A stretch of DNA of 64,000 nt from Candidatus Poribacteria bacterium (GCA_965205025.1 CBDBFU010000023.1:32001-96000), one strand, 5' to 3'; numbered from the stretch's first letter, positions 1-10,255 are shown. Made by a program: numbers and translations. Notes: generated from the letters alone by a model not told the origin.

Positions 1-1989
1 CTTGCTTGAACCAGCACTCATGATAGTAGTATCATCTGGTGAAAATGCTATAGACTCTACAAAAGCTGTATGTCCTTCTGTCACAACGCGTTTATTATTT
101 TTGTTAGCCAGATCCCATGAACGTATTGTCCCATCTTTGCTGCCACTGACAAGTGTTTTACCGTCTGGTGACAGAACCAGAGAAGTAATTGTATATCTGT
201 GTCCAATCAGTGTATTAAGTTCCTGACCCGAATTGACATCCCATACTTTTATATTTCCATTACCTCCACCGGTAATAATCTTTTTACCATCATTTGAAAA
301 TACCAATGAATAGATCCAATTGGTATCATCTTCAAGTGTAACTTTTTCTTTCCCACTTATTAAATCCCAGATTATAACTTCTTTGTCTGGAACTACTGAA
401 GCAAATAAGCTTTCGTCTTGAGAAATTGTTATTGCTTCTATAGGTTGGTCAATTTTCTTTTTAGGTTTCCTAAAGAAATTAAAAACCTTATCCCAATTGA
501 TCCAATTAGAATGACCCCTAATTTTGTAGGATAGTGTGATCTTAGGAATTTCTCCATCAAAGTGAATATCTTTCTTACTAATTTCGCCACTGTTATGGCC
601 TATTATCATGAAACTATGATCGGAATTTATGGCATAGACAGCATCCCTATCAATATAATTTAGGGTTAAAGGACTCCTGGATTTAATATCCCATAATGAC
701 AGATGTCCAGATATTCCATCTGATCTTATTCCATATAGAATATTTTCCCCTTTTGAATAAGAAACTATAGATCCTGGAGCATAAATTTGTGATGGGAGAT
801 AGGTCCTATTTAATATTTCAGCTTGTCTATGAAATATTGATTTCTGTTTACCTGTATGAATATCCCATATTTGAATACGACTATTATAACCACAGGTGGT
901 GAGAGATTTTCCATCAGTTGAAAAAGTTAATGCTGTTATATTTCTTGGTTGATTAAATTGGATTGGGATACCTTCCCCAGTTTCTATATCATAAACCCAC
1001 GCACCAACACTACTTCCAACTGCAAGTTTAGATCCATCGGGAGAGAATTGCATTACATTAATTCCACCCTTTCCAAGACGGTAATTAACTTGTGGTGGTA
1101 ATCCTTTAGAATGATATTCTGGATCTGGCTCAAGATCTTTTTGAATATCAGTAACCAAGTCAGGTATCTTATATTGTAACTTCTGTATTACGTTGTAATC
1201 TTGAATTGGATTATTACTGATATGTAATACCTCTAAATTTTCAAGTTTACTTATCGGACTTACATCCATAATATTGTTATTGTTAATCCGTAAATCATAT
1301 AGTTTAGAGAGAATACCGATTGGGTTAATATCACTAATCTGATTGTTAGCCAACTGTAGTCCTGTCAGTTGATGGATTTCATATAGTGGAGATATATCTT
1401 GAATTTGGTTCTTTTGAAGTGATAGATATTTCAAGCGTAACATACCTTTTAAGGGAGAAATATTCAGAATATTGTTCTCTTGAAGTGATAAATATCTCAG
1501 TTTTCTAAGATTAGATAATGGACCAATATCTTGAATATTATTTCCTTGTAACATCAGGTATTCAAGCTGTTTTAATTCTCGTATCGGTGAAATATCATGT
1601 ATGTGGTTATCATGCAGTAATAAAGCCGTAAGTTGAGATAATTGTGCCAATGGACCAATTTCACTAATGTCATTATTATAGAGATTCAAAAATTTTAATT
1701 GAGTCAATCCTCTTAAAGGCGATAAATCAGTGATATTATTCTCATTAAGATGTAAGGTTGTTAAACTTGTGAATTTTTCTAATCCAGTTAAATCATTTAT
1801 ATCTCTATTATGAGCATTAATGATTTTTAGCTTATCTATTTTGTTAATTGAAATACGAGAATTAGTTTTTAATTTTAGGGCTTCCCGAATTACTTTAGCC
1901 AGATTCTCATCTGGAATATCAACAAATTCAGATGTAGTACAACTCATAAAAATTATACTAATCAATAATAATAGAATGATATTTTTCAT
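1..1989 (-). CDS. LRR (internalin-like) + WD40 repeat protein, probable lipoprotein; 3' end runs off the window
   Basis: Not in the ORF track. Manual translation from ATG 1989 gives MKNIILLLLISIIFMSC (lipobox-like), then DIPDENLAKVIREAL and about 9 LRRs (LxxLxLxxNxIxDIxPL), then WD40 repeats (QFSPDGSKLAVG, IKVWD, LIGHRYTITSLVLSPDGKTLVSGSKDGTIRSWD). Open to base 1. Confidence 0.9.
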   Translation of the reverse strand, partial: MKNIILLLLISIIFMSCTTSEFVDIPDENLAKVIREALKLKTNSRISINKIDKLKIINAHNRDINDLTGLEKFTSLTTLHLNENNITDLSPLRGLTQLKFLNLYNNDISEIGPLAQLSQLTALLLHDNHIHDISPIRELKQLEYLMLQGNNIQDIGPLSNLRKLRYLSLQENNILNISPLKGMLRLKYLSLQKNQIQDISPLYEIHQLTGLQLANNQISDINPIGILSKLYDLRINNNNIMDVSPISKLENLEVLHISNNPIQDYNVIQKLQYKIPDLVTDIQKDLEPDPEYHSKGLPPQVNYRLGKGGINVMQFSPDGSKLAVGSSVGAWVYDIETGEGIPIQFNQPRNITALTFSTDGKSLTTCGYNSRIQIWDIHTGKQKSIFHRQAEILNRTYLPSQIYAPGSIVSYSKGENILYGIRSDGISGHLSLWDIKSRSPLTLNYIDRDAVYAINSDHSFMIIGHNSGEISKKDIHFDGEIPKITLSYKIRGHSNWINWDKVFNFFRKPKKKIDQPIEAITISQDESLFASVVPDKEVIIWDLISGKEKVTLEDDTNWIYSLVFSNDGKKIITGGGNGNIKVWDVNSGQELNTLIGHRYTITSLVLSPDGKTLVSGSKDGTIRSWDLANKNNKRVVTEGHTAFVESIAFSPDDTTIMSAGSSK

Positions 1990-2174
1990 ATTCTTAATAT
2001 CTTGTAATTCTTTGTATTCAAATAATTCAGTTATGAATGAGTAATTTGTAACGGAATTAGTCGTTTTGAACTTGAAAAGGCGCGATAATCCCTATTATAG
2101 AGTGGGTTTATATGGTATCTTATAGGTGAGAAATTTAGGAACTTTAACCCAAATTAAACACGAGTATACAAGTT

Positions 2175-2447
2175 ATACCATTTCTGGTAATTAAAGTCTC
2201 ATTAATAGAATCTCTATAATGTAGCACAAACTTCATGAGGATTAAGTTTTAAATTCGGTAATTCCCATTTTCCCAAACTTGGTAGGTTCGGTTTCCTAAC
2301 CACGGGGAATGCTATATAGCATTCATACTGTTGATTCGAATTTCTAACACATTACCGAATTATTATTTTAATCTTCATCCAGTTTGTGTAGTATTTCAAG
2401 ACATAAATATCACCCAATCGTGGGAGAATCATTTATAGAAATGGTAT
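2175..2447. mobile_element. MITE-like element (ATACCATTTCT...AGAAATGGTAT) carrying a nested insertion
   Basis: 11-bp terminal inverted repeats at 2175-2185 and 2437-2447. Left part nearly identical to 18146-18272. Internal GTAGCACAAACTTC|CAGTTTGTG hairpin is interrupted at 2235-2378. Confidence 0.7.
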
Positions 2448-2600
2448 TATTATTCTGATGTTCTTGCTAATCTAAATTGTATCAGAATCCGTCGGAAAAA
2501 ATCAACTCATTACGGAGTATCCCTTGATATACTACTTGAATTCAAATTATAAATGTGATTTAATGCAACCATTATTTACCATACCATAAGGAGCTTGGGT

Positions 2601-3143
2601 ATGTTTAATAGAATTGCAGGTATGATATTCATCATCTGTTTACTCTTAGTTGCGTGCTATGTTTTGTATCAATATGATACTGCACCTGCCAAGAAAGAAG
2701 CAGCCAAAAATGCTGAAATTGTGCATCAATGGGAAAGAGAGCAATCTAATACTGGCAGCACACCAGAAACAGTGTCACCCCAAGAAACTGTGGAAAGTGC
2801 GACACCAATCGCTTCGGTGAACCCCGAACATGAGTTACTCTTCCGTGTTCGAATCAAACTATATCAACAAGGTATTCAAGCTACAGGAGCAACTTATTTA
2901 CGTAACGGACTAATTTATCCTATCATAAAAGGTGTCTGTTATGTTGAATGGGATACGGTGGAATATCCAGATGGCACTGTTAAAAGGTATGTTTCTCGTT
3001 CTACAGGACATCCTGACGATCATTTCATGCGTGGAGCAAAGGGTCGTGTTTTAGAAAGTGATATTCCAAGTCACCTCAAAATTTACACATACCCAGATGG
3101 GGGTATTGATCCCTATGAATTTTTAAATTTATCAAAGGAGTAA
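2601..3143 (+). CDS. Hypothetical protein with N-terminal membrane anchor
   Basis: ORF with AGGAG upstream, hydrophobic N-terminal helix and a T/P/S/E-rich linker. ATG 2601 preferred over TTG 2595. Confidence 0.7.
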   Translation: MFNRIAGMIFIICLLLVACYVLYQYDTAPAKKEAAKNAEIVHQWEREQSNTGSTPETVSPQETVESATPIASVNPEHELLFRVRIKLYQQGIQATGATYLRNGLIYPIIKGVCYVEWDTVEYPDGTVKRYVSRSTGHPDDHFMRGAKGRVLESDIPSHLKIYTYPDGGIDPYEFLNLSKE

Positions 3144-3218
3144 TTTGAATTGCTTACACTCATTTATAATAAGATGAAAATCAAAAATGTATTCCGTTCA
3201 CTCTTAAGTTATATTATT

Positions 3219-3318
3219 ATTAACATACGTGATTCACGGAGAATTGGTATACTTTAAATTATAAACCCTTATACAATAAGGGTTCGTAAAATTGCTCCGT
3301 GAAGGTTTCCGTGAAAGT
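3219..3318. repeat. Dispersed ~100-bp non-coding module; inverted copy at 51676-51775
   Basis: TTCACGGAG...AAACCCTTATACAATAAGGGTT...CTCCGTGAAGGTTTCCGTGAAAGT matches the reverse complement of 51676-51775. Confidence 0.85.
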
Positions 3319-3379
3319 ACAATCATCTCAGAACGATAAATATTAACACTTTTCCATTTATATTAACGGATACACAGTA

Positions 3380-5521
3380 CTATAACTTTGATGGTTCGAT
3401 TACCAAGTCCGGTATAGGATTCCCCATTTTATCAGTTATACGAAAATAAAAACCCCAGCCACCAGTTTCTTCACATACCTTAACGAGAATACTGTTTTTA
3501 CCTGCTTTAAGAAATACAGGAAATTTATAGTCATCAATCTGAGCTGTGAAAGTTTCTGTATGTTGAAATATTGCTTTTCCATTGAACCATACTTTTCCTT
3601 GATCATCTGAATCAAAACGGAATTGAACGACTTGATCTTTTGGTGAGATTACCGTTGTATATGCATAACCGACTGCCCAATCCACATCCTTTCCAAGATG
3701 AACATACCCATTGAAGATTTCATCCTTCCCATTCCTCCATTGGATTTTATCATATTTCCCTTCATATACTTCATCAGTGTTAAATTCGGTTAACTCTTCA
3801 TTAATATATGATTTTTTACATCCATTACCCATCCTGTTATCAAAAGGACCAAGAACAATCCAGGAATCTTCCGTAATAAATGCTGTCTTGTTAATCTCTG
3901 TCCTTGCTTTTTCATTCATTCCATTTTCTTGATAAAAATCCGCTAAAGCTAATGTTGCATGATAATATGGTGATGAGTTATTAGGCATTAAGTCAATAAT
4001 AGATTTCAACATTTCTGCATAAGTATCTTTATTTTTGATATTTTTACTGGTTTTTACAATCCGTTCAAACCATCTACGTTCCATAAATGGTAATCCAATA
4101 GATTCAATATTAGTTTCAATTAGGTGAAGGGCATCCCCAAATCGTTCATTAACAAGAAAAGCATGCCCGAGTGTAATAGTATTGTTTGAATCATATCGAT
4201 TACTGAATGCTAATAATGCACAATCTAAGGCTTCTTCAGGGAGTATATTCTTAGCGAGTAGAAATTCTGCAATTCTGTTATATTCAGTTGATTGATTTTT
4301 TAGATCCGCTAATATCCTCTCATTTTTATACCAGTTTTTGTATGCATTTTCTGCTTCCTTATGTTTGCCTAACTTTGAGTATGTATCTCCTAACAATTTA
4401 AACAAGACAATACTATCATCCATTGTTGGTTCTAAACCTTCAAGAATCTCAATCAGACTATTTTCCTTCTCTTGTAGAGTATATAGATTACTTAGATCCA
4501 ATAAAATGTTATCATGCTCAAACATAGTTAAATCGGCATCTAATGCTTGGAGGTACAGATTTTCTGCATCTGAAATACGTTTAGATTTAACTAACGCCTG
4601 TGTCAAAATACGATAATATTCAAATATATTGGGATCTTTCTCAATTTTCTGTTCATAGATTCTTATAATCTCTTGAAACTGTTCAGGATTTGCTTCAACA
4701 GGTTCAGGTTTAATATACTCGATAATTTTTGCGTTACCTTCAAAGAATCCAACATTATTATTTTGTGAGATGTCAGTAATAATTGAAACATTTTTCTTAT
4801 CAAAGTTCCAATAAGCCACTAAACCATCTTCATTTCCATTCAATTTATTTTTTATAGAAATCTGTATTTCATCGCTTGTTAGTGCTTTGTTCCAAACGGA
4901 TACATCGTCTATCTGACCAATAAAAGTTGAAAGTGCCACTATTTCTGTTTCATGGGCATGTCCTATCCGAAGTGGTAATTTACTTTCATAGATTTCAGGA
5001 TTCCAATTAAATCCATTACTTCCAACCTCCAATCCATCTATATATAGTTGCATTATATTATTCTCTGTATCAATGACACCTGCAATGTGAGTCCATTCAT
5101 TTAACGAGACTGCCCCTGAATGTGAAAAGATATATCTTTCACCTTGACCTTTCGGTGAAAATGCAAATTGAATTGCACCATTACTGCGTAAAAATAGGGC
5201 GAAACTTCTATTGCTAATTTCAGGAGTACGTTTATCACCTTTATAGACAATAGATACATATTTGTTGGGAAATGCTATAGGTCTTATCCAAGCGGTAACC
5301 GTAATCTTCTGATTAATTGTATTCAATATATTACTATCAATGATTTCTACATAGCTATTGTTGCCGTCAAGATGGAGTGCAGAATCCATAATTATGTTAT
5401 CATTCTTGTCAATATTATTTTTGATATCATTCTGTGCATAAGAAATTGAATATAACGAAAACACAACTAAATTAATCGTAAGTAGAATTATGGGTTGAAA
5501 TCGGAGAATTTTTAAAGGCAT
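3380..5521 (-). CDS. Secreted LamG-like jellyroll + TPR + C-terminal beta-sandwich protein
   Basis: Signal peptide. LamG motifs (ALHLDG..YVEI, TVTAWI, WTHIAG, LYIDG, IDDVSVWNKALT, LVAYWNFD). Helical TPR middle. C-terminal WIVLGPF..SDDQGKVWFNG..LKAGKNSILVKV module. Confidence 0.8.
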   Translation of the reverse strand: MPLKILRFQPIILLTINLVVFSLYSISYAQNDIKNNIDKNDNIIMDSALHLDGNNSYVEIIDSNILNTINQKITVTAWIRPIAFPNKYVSIVYKGDKRTPEISNRSFALFLRSNGAIQFAFSPKGQGERYIFSHSGAVSLNEWTHIAGVIDTENNIMQLYIDGLEVGSNGFNWNPEIYESKLPLRIGHAHETEIVALSTFIGQIDDVSVWNKALTSDEIQISIKNKLNGNEDGLVAYWNFDKKNVSIITDISQNNNVGFFEGNAKIIEYIKPEPVEANPEQFQEIIRIYEQKIEKDPNIFEYYRILTQALVKSKRISDAENLYLQALDADLTMFEHDNILLDLSNLYTLQEKENSLIEILEGLEPTMDDSIVLFKLLGDTYSKLGKHKEAENAYKNWYKNERILADLKNQSTEYNRIAEFLLAKNILPEEALDCALLAFSNRYDSNNTITLGHAFLVNERFGDALHLIETNIESIGLPFMERRWFERIVKTSKNIKNKDTYAEMLKSIIDLMPNNSSPYYHATLALADFYQENGMNEKARTEINKTAFITEDSWIVLGPFDNRMGNGCKKSYINEELTEFNTDEVYEGKYDKIQWRNGKDEIFNGYVHLGKDVDWAVGYAYTTVISPKDQVVQFRFDSDDQGKVWFNGKAIFQHTETFTAQIDDYKFPVFLKAGKNSILVKVCEETGGWGFYFRITDKMGNPIPDLVIEPSKL

Positions 5522-5639
5522 AATCTACCTCTTTAATAGACAGCGTTAGACTATCTATGGTAATCATTTCTTTTGTTTAATTTGTGGAACTATATCTTTC
5601 TATTGTAACGATAAATTGGATGCAACTTGTATAGATTGG

Positions 5640-6446
5640 TTAAAGTCCAAGTGAGGTTAATGTGAATGTATCGTGATACCATCCCGTACAATTACTATGT
5701 ATATAAACGATATCGTCAATAATCATCTGAAGATTATTCGGGAATTTCTCTACAAGATCATGTCCACGAAGGAAACGTCCATCATAACGTCTAAAAAACA
5801 CAGTGCGACCATCCTCGTTCAAATATACTTCACACATTTCTCCACCATGTTCCGCCTCAATATCAGGATCTATGACTCGAAGACAATGAAAGGTGTTATC
5901 ACCAATTGTAACATCGTACGTTCCTGCCCCTAACCCGTTCCCATCAGTGATTTTGTATGAACCATCTGGTTGAAGTCCATATCGTCCATCGTCAAATATA
6001 TGACGATTACAAGGACCACCCCATTGGTCTTCAAACCATTCATCTCCAAGTGTATTATATATCCTCTTACCATCAATAGTATTTACAACTGCTATCCATC
6101 TTGTGTGATTATCATCAATGGCAACATACATTAAATCTGGAGATGGTGGCCAATCTTTTGTTAACAATTCATTAAATTGGATTTCTACACATTCAGTATC
6201 TCTTATGTAAGCGTTTGCAGTAGGAATCATTTCCGTAACCGCATCTAATTTCTGAGTTTCTCCATCGTATTCTGCCCACATATACCGTTCACCCATGCGT
6301 GGAATCATAAACCACCATTGCAACTCCTGACAATCTACTTGTTTGATGGTATGTGAACTCTCAACGATTTTAATCTCTGGACGAGTAGGGGGAAATGGAT
6401 GTTCAAGTATTTCTCCAGTTGGTTTTATCGTAAATTTCTCACTCAT
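5640..6446 (-). CDS. Hypothetical protein (resembles the C-terminal extension of some ECF sigma factors)
   Basis: Long ORF. ATG 6446 preferred (GGAAGA upstream). The family resemblance is from memory and has not been searched. Confidence 0.7.
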   Translation of the reverse strand: MSEKFTIKPTGEILEHPFPPTRPEIKIVESSHTIKQVDCQELQWWFMIPRMGERYMWAEYDGETQKLDAVTEMIPTANAYIRDTECVEIQFNELLTKDWPPSPDLMYVAIDDNHTRWIAVVNTIDGKRIYNTLGDEWFEDQWGGPCNRHIFDDGRYGLQPDGSYKITDGNGLGAGTYDVTIGDNTFHCLRVIDPDIEAEHGGEMCEVYLNEDGRTVFFRRYDGRFLRGHDLVEKFPNNLQMIIDDIVYIHSNCTGWYHDTFTLTSLGL

Positions 6447-6504
6447 GATATTATTTTTCTCTTCCACTTGAATATTGATATAGGATTGCACTTGTCTGTT
6501 CGTC

Positions 6505-6597
6505 TTATGTCCTTTTCACTAAAATTATGAGAACTAATAATAAAAGTCCTACAAACACTCCACCTATAATTATCATTTCATATAAACCGAAAAACAT
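6505..6597 (-). CDS. Small single-TM protein (30 aa, MFFGLYEMIIIGGVFVGLLLLVLIILVKRT)
   Basis: Manual translation. AGGAG RBS upstream of the ATG. Paralogous to 6684-6788. Confidence 0.6.
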   Translation of the reverse strand: MFFGLYEMIIIGGVFVGLLLLVLIILVKRT

Positions 6598-6683
6598 AAT
6601 ATCTCCTGTCCTCTATTAATGAATAAGTGAATTGAATTACATGTGTAGTTGAGTTTTTATAATATGGCAAACACTATATGAAC

Positions 6684-6788
6684 TCAACTACCTTTTGGAT
6701 TGATAAATAGGATTATCGTTAATATAATTCCTACTATAAAAATAACAGCAAAGAACAATATTCCAATTTCAAATAAACCGATAGACAT
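6684..6788 (-). CDS. Small single-TM protein (34 aa, MSIGLFEIGILFFAVIFIVGIILTIILFINPKGS)
   Basis: Manual translation. GAGGA RBS upstream. Shares the M-x-x-G-L-[YF]-E start with 6505-6597. Confidence 0.6.
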   Translation of the reverse strand: MSIGLFEIGILFFAVIFIVGIILTIILFINPKGS

Positions 6789-6838
6789 AAAAATATCCTC
6801 AAATATTACTTAGTAATTCCAACTAAGAGTACGAAATT

Positions 6839-7651
6839 TTATTCATTTTTCCATCGTTTTACAGCATCCAATTTAGTTTGTTGCCAATCTGTCCAATCTT
6901 TTTTGCCTTCATATCTGACAACGTCATGTATTGTTGCACGTGGTTGATAAGTAATATAGTTCCCCGTATGCCATGCAAGATTCCTATAAATCATAAAGTC
7001 ACCGGGACCAAGGTGTACCTGTACAGCCCCAGGAAACTGTTGACAATGTTCCAAATTATAACGTTCGGCTTCCACATTTGACTGTCCTTCCTGCGGTTTT
7101 CGCAACTTCGGATCTTTTGTAGATTGTTCTTCTCCCGGCATATCCCATTGACGCAGATGACTTCCTGGTACAAACCATGTACAAGAATCAGAATAAATTG
7201 CACAATTTACCTGATTAAAGTGTCTTAGGTCATACCAGACTTCTGCTAACTTTGCCACGACCTGTTCATCTCTTGCTTCAAGAGGAACTTCAACAACACC
7301 ATCACGATGCCAACCAATATGCCATGGATGTTCCAAAGGTTCAACTAACAAACCCATTATATCTACATGACCATGCGTATAGTCATCTCCAAGCAAATTC
7401 TGTATAGCATCTTTAAGTTCAGGAAGTTCTGTATAATCGTAGAATGGTTTCAGGTTCAGTTCATCACCATAATTTGAGAGTGGTTGAATACGTTGGGTTT
7501 GAGGACCATTAAGTTTGTGTGCCAGGTGTCGTGCTTTTTCAGCTTCTATGCGTAAATCTGTGAGTAATGATGGAGGAACAATGCCTCGAAGTATTAAATA
7601 CCCTTGAGATAGATATTCATTCACCATATAGTTGTGAAATTTGAATGACAC
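6839..7651 (-). CDS. Phytanoyl-CoA dioxygenase (PhyH) family protein
   Basis: GYLILRG N-terminus, WHRD (HxD), FVPGSH, distal WH. Confidence 0.85.
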   Translation of the reverse strand: MSFKFHNYMVNEYLSQGYLILRGIVPPSLLTDLRIEAEKARHLAHKLNGPQTQRIQPLSNYGDELNLKPFYDYTELPELKDAIQNLLGDDYTHGHVDIMGLLVEPLEHPWHIGWHRDGVVEVPLEARDEQVVAKLAEVWYDLRHFNQVNCAIYSDSCTWFVPGSHLRQWDMPGEEQSTKDPKLRKPQEGQSNVEAERYNLEHCQQFPGAVQVHLGPGDFMIYRNLAWHTGNYITYQPRATIHDVVRYEGKKDWTDWQQTKLDAVKRWKNE

Positions 7652-7756
7652 TGTTTACCTCTATGGTAGACAATTAGATATTGATTCTTATGCGAAATCA
7701 AATATATATGTAAAGTATTAGATATTGGATGATATTTGTTATACCAGATTCCATTC

Positions 7757-7785
7757 ATTCTACAATAATGATTTTTAGATGTCAA
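7757..7785 (-). promoter_or_regulatory. sigma70-like promoter for the PhyH gene
   Basis: TTGACA (7785-7780), 17-bp spacer, TAGAAT (7762-7757). Confidence 0.5.
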
Positions 7786-7808
7786 TAAAAAGCAATATTC
7801 AATTCTAC

Positions 7809-7836
7809 TTGACGAGTGGTAATTCTTATGTATAAT
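7809..7836 (+). promoter_or_regulatory. sigma70-like promoter for the sulfatase-PhyH-amidase operon
   Basis: TTGACG, 16-bp spacer, TATAAT. Confidence 0.5.
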
Positions 7837-7871
7837 GTGGAAACTATAATAGTTATAGAGTAAGCTTGTAT

Positions 7872-9323
7872 ATGTCTCAACCAAATTTGTTATACATTCA
7901 CTCCGATCAACACAACCCCTATGTTACAGGTTGTTATGGGGATGATTTAGTAAAAACCCCTAATTTGGATAAATTAGCATCAGAAGGTGTTATATTAGAT
8001 AATGTATATTGTCCATCTCCTATCTGTGTGCCATCCCGCATGTCTATGTTGACAGGTCGTTATCCTTATGAAAACCGAGTTTGGACGAATAGTCATATAC
8101 TTGATTCGGGTATTCCAACATTTGCTCATGGGATGGGTGCAGCAGGATATGAACCAGTTCTAATTGGTCGTATGCACGCATTGGGTCCAGATCAACTTCA
8201 CGGATATACAGAAAGATTAGTTGGAGATCACGGACCAAATCATCCTGGTGGAATAGGAGTTGATCACGGTGAGCTGTCTGGAACAGCAGGACCTGCAAGA
8301 GTTAGTCTTGTAAAATCAGGACCGGGACAAAGTGCCTATCAGGTACACGATGAAGATGTAACAGCTGCTACAATTGATTATATGAATAGACTTGGGATTC
8401 AGAAAAAAGCAGGACTCCTGAAAAAACCCTTTTCAATTTCAATCGGTTTTATGTTACCACATCAACCATTTGTTGCAAGAAAAGAGGATTATGAACTTTA
8501 TGAAGATATTATGACAATGCCACAACATCCTGAAACATATTCAGATAGTTTACATCCATATTTTAAGTGGTGGCGTGACAAGTGTGGAATTACAGATGTG
8601 GAAAATGATGAGATAATACGCGCTCGGACTGCATATTGGGCACTGGTTACACGCATGGATATAATGATAGGACAAATATTGACTGCACTTCAGGATAACA
8701 ATCTTGACGAAAATACACTCATAATCTATAGTTCTGATCATGGAGAACAGGTAGGTGAACATGGTCTTTGGTGGAAACAGACATTCTATGAACACTCAGT
8801 AAAAGTGCCGGCGATTCTATCGTGGCAAGGAGTTTTACCTGAAGGTGAACGCTGTGAAAGAGTCATTAGTTCTTTGGATATAAATGCTACTATAATTGAT
8901 GCACTTGATTGTCCATCCCTACCTAATTCACGAGGTAGAAGCCTATTACCACTATTAAAAAATGAAGATACCGACTGGGAAAATATTGCATTTTCAGAAT
9001 ACTGCACTGATGATAATTGTTATCATAGAATGATACGACAAGGAGATTGGAAACTGAATTATTATCATGGTCAACCATCACAACTGTTTAACCTTAAGGA
9101 AGATCCTAATGAATTGCAGGACAAAACTGATGATCCAAAATGTCAGGATATTAAGAATGAACTAACCAAGAAAGTATTGGATGGTTGGAATCCTGAAAAA
9201 ATAAAACTTCAGATGGAAGAGAAGAAATTAGATACTCAAATACTTGGTAGATGGACTCGGAATACCAAACCTGTTGATCATTATAGATGGACTCTCTTAC
9301 CAGAGATGGATTATTTGGATTAA
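7872..9323 (+). CDS. Sulfatase (choline-sulfatase-like, Cys-type)
   Basis: PNLLYIHSDQH, CVPSRMSMLTGRY (CxPxR), GRMH, SDHGE. Confidence 0.92.
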   Translation: MSQPNLLYIHSDQHNPYVTGCYGDDLVKTPNLDKLASEGVILDNVYCPSPICVPSRMSMLTGRYPYENRVWTNSHILDSGIPTFAHGMGAAGYEPVLIGRMHALGPDQLHGYTERLVGDHGPNHPGGIGVDHGELSGTAGPARVSLVKSGPGQSAYQVHDEDVTAATIDYMNRLGIQKKAGLLKKPFSISIGFMLPHQPFVARKEDYELYEDIMTMPQHPETYSDSLHPYFKWWRDKCGITDVENDEIIRARTAYWALVTRMDIMIGQILTALQDNNLDENTLIIYSSDHGEQVGEHGLWWKQTFYEHSVKVPAILSWQGVLPEGERCERVISSLDINATIIDALDCPSLPNSRGRSLLPLLKNEDTDWENIAFSEYCTDDNCYHRMIRQGDWKLNYYHGQPSQLFNLKEDPNELQDKTDDPKCQDIKNELTKKVLDGWNPEKIKLQMEEKKLDTQILGRWTRNTKPVDHYRWTLLPEMDYLD

Positions 9324-9358
9324 AAAAATGACTATCCTTTATTACCTCATTAACTAAT

Positions 9359-10234
9359 TTGGAGACAACAATGACTAATAGTCCAATTTTAAAAGGTGAA
9401 CCTTTCAGTGAAGAGAAGACTTTAGAAATTGCAGAACAATTCTTCAAAGAGGGATATGTCCATATCCCTGGTGTTCTCACCGATAATGAAGTTTCTGCAT
9501 TAAGAGATAAGTCAGATGAATTATTTGATGATCCAGAATTGATGGAGAGAACTAATCCTGAACTGGCAGATGTACGTTATATCCAGATGGGGAGTCATGC
9601 AGAATCAGGTAATACACTCCCATTCATACTTCGAAACACAATTGAGCTTGATCCGATATTTCGTGATATGCTTCTCCGTGAACCTATACTCAGTCTTGCA
9701 GAAGCCATTGTAGGGAAGAATTGCAAATTTTGTGGACAGAATGTACTTAGAAATCTCCCTGGTCTTTCAATCAGTACTTGGCATGTGGATGGATCTGTTC
9801 ATTTTCCAGTAACAGATGAGATGCCACAACATGATCCACGTTTAAGGATGCCTGTAATGTGGTTCACCGTTCAAATGGCGTTAAATGACATTGACACTAT
9901 AGAAGAGGGACCGACACAATATGTCCCAGGTAGTCATTTCTCAGGAAGAAATCCTAACGATCAAGAAAATCCAGAATTTAATGGAAATAAACCTGTATCC
10001 ATCTTCTGTAAAGCAGGGGATATTTATCTACAAGATCCACAGTGTTGGCATCGTGGTGCCCCCAATAATTCTGATAAAACACGTTATATCCTCCAATCAC
10101 AGTATGCAGCATATTGGGCATATTGGCGATTTAGTTTATGTAATGATGTACCTGTTTCGGAAGAAGAGCTAAAATCAGCAGATGATGAATTGTTACGTTT
10201 GTTGGGTCGAAGTAGACCAAATGGTTCAGATTGA
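9359..10234 (+). CDS. PhyH family dioxygenase
   Basis: GYVHIPGVL, WHVD, YVPGSH, WHRG. The true start may be ATG 9371. Confidence 0.85.
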   Translation: METTMTNSPILKGEPFSEEKTLEIAEQFFKEGYVHIPGVLTDNEVSALRDKSDELFDDPELMERTNPELADVRYIQMGSHAESGNTLPFILRNTIELDPIFRDMLLREPILSLAEAIVGKNCKFCGQNVLRNLPGLSISTWHVDGSVHFPVTDEMPQHDPRLRMPVMWFTVQMALNDIDTIEEGPTQYVPGSHFSGRNPNDQENPEFNGNKPVSIFCKAGDIYLQDPQCWHRGAPNNSDKTRYILQSQYAAYWAYWRFSLCNDVPVSEEELKSADDELLRLLGRSRPNGSD

Positions 10235-10255
10235 GGTTATGTTAAGGACAAATCA

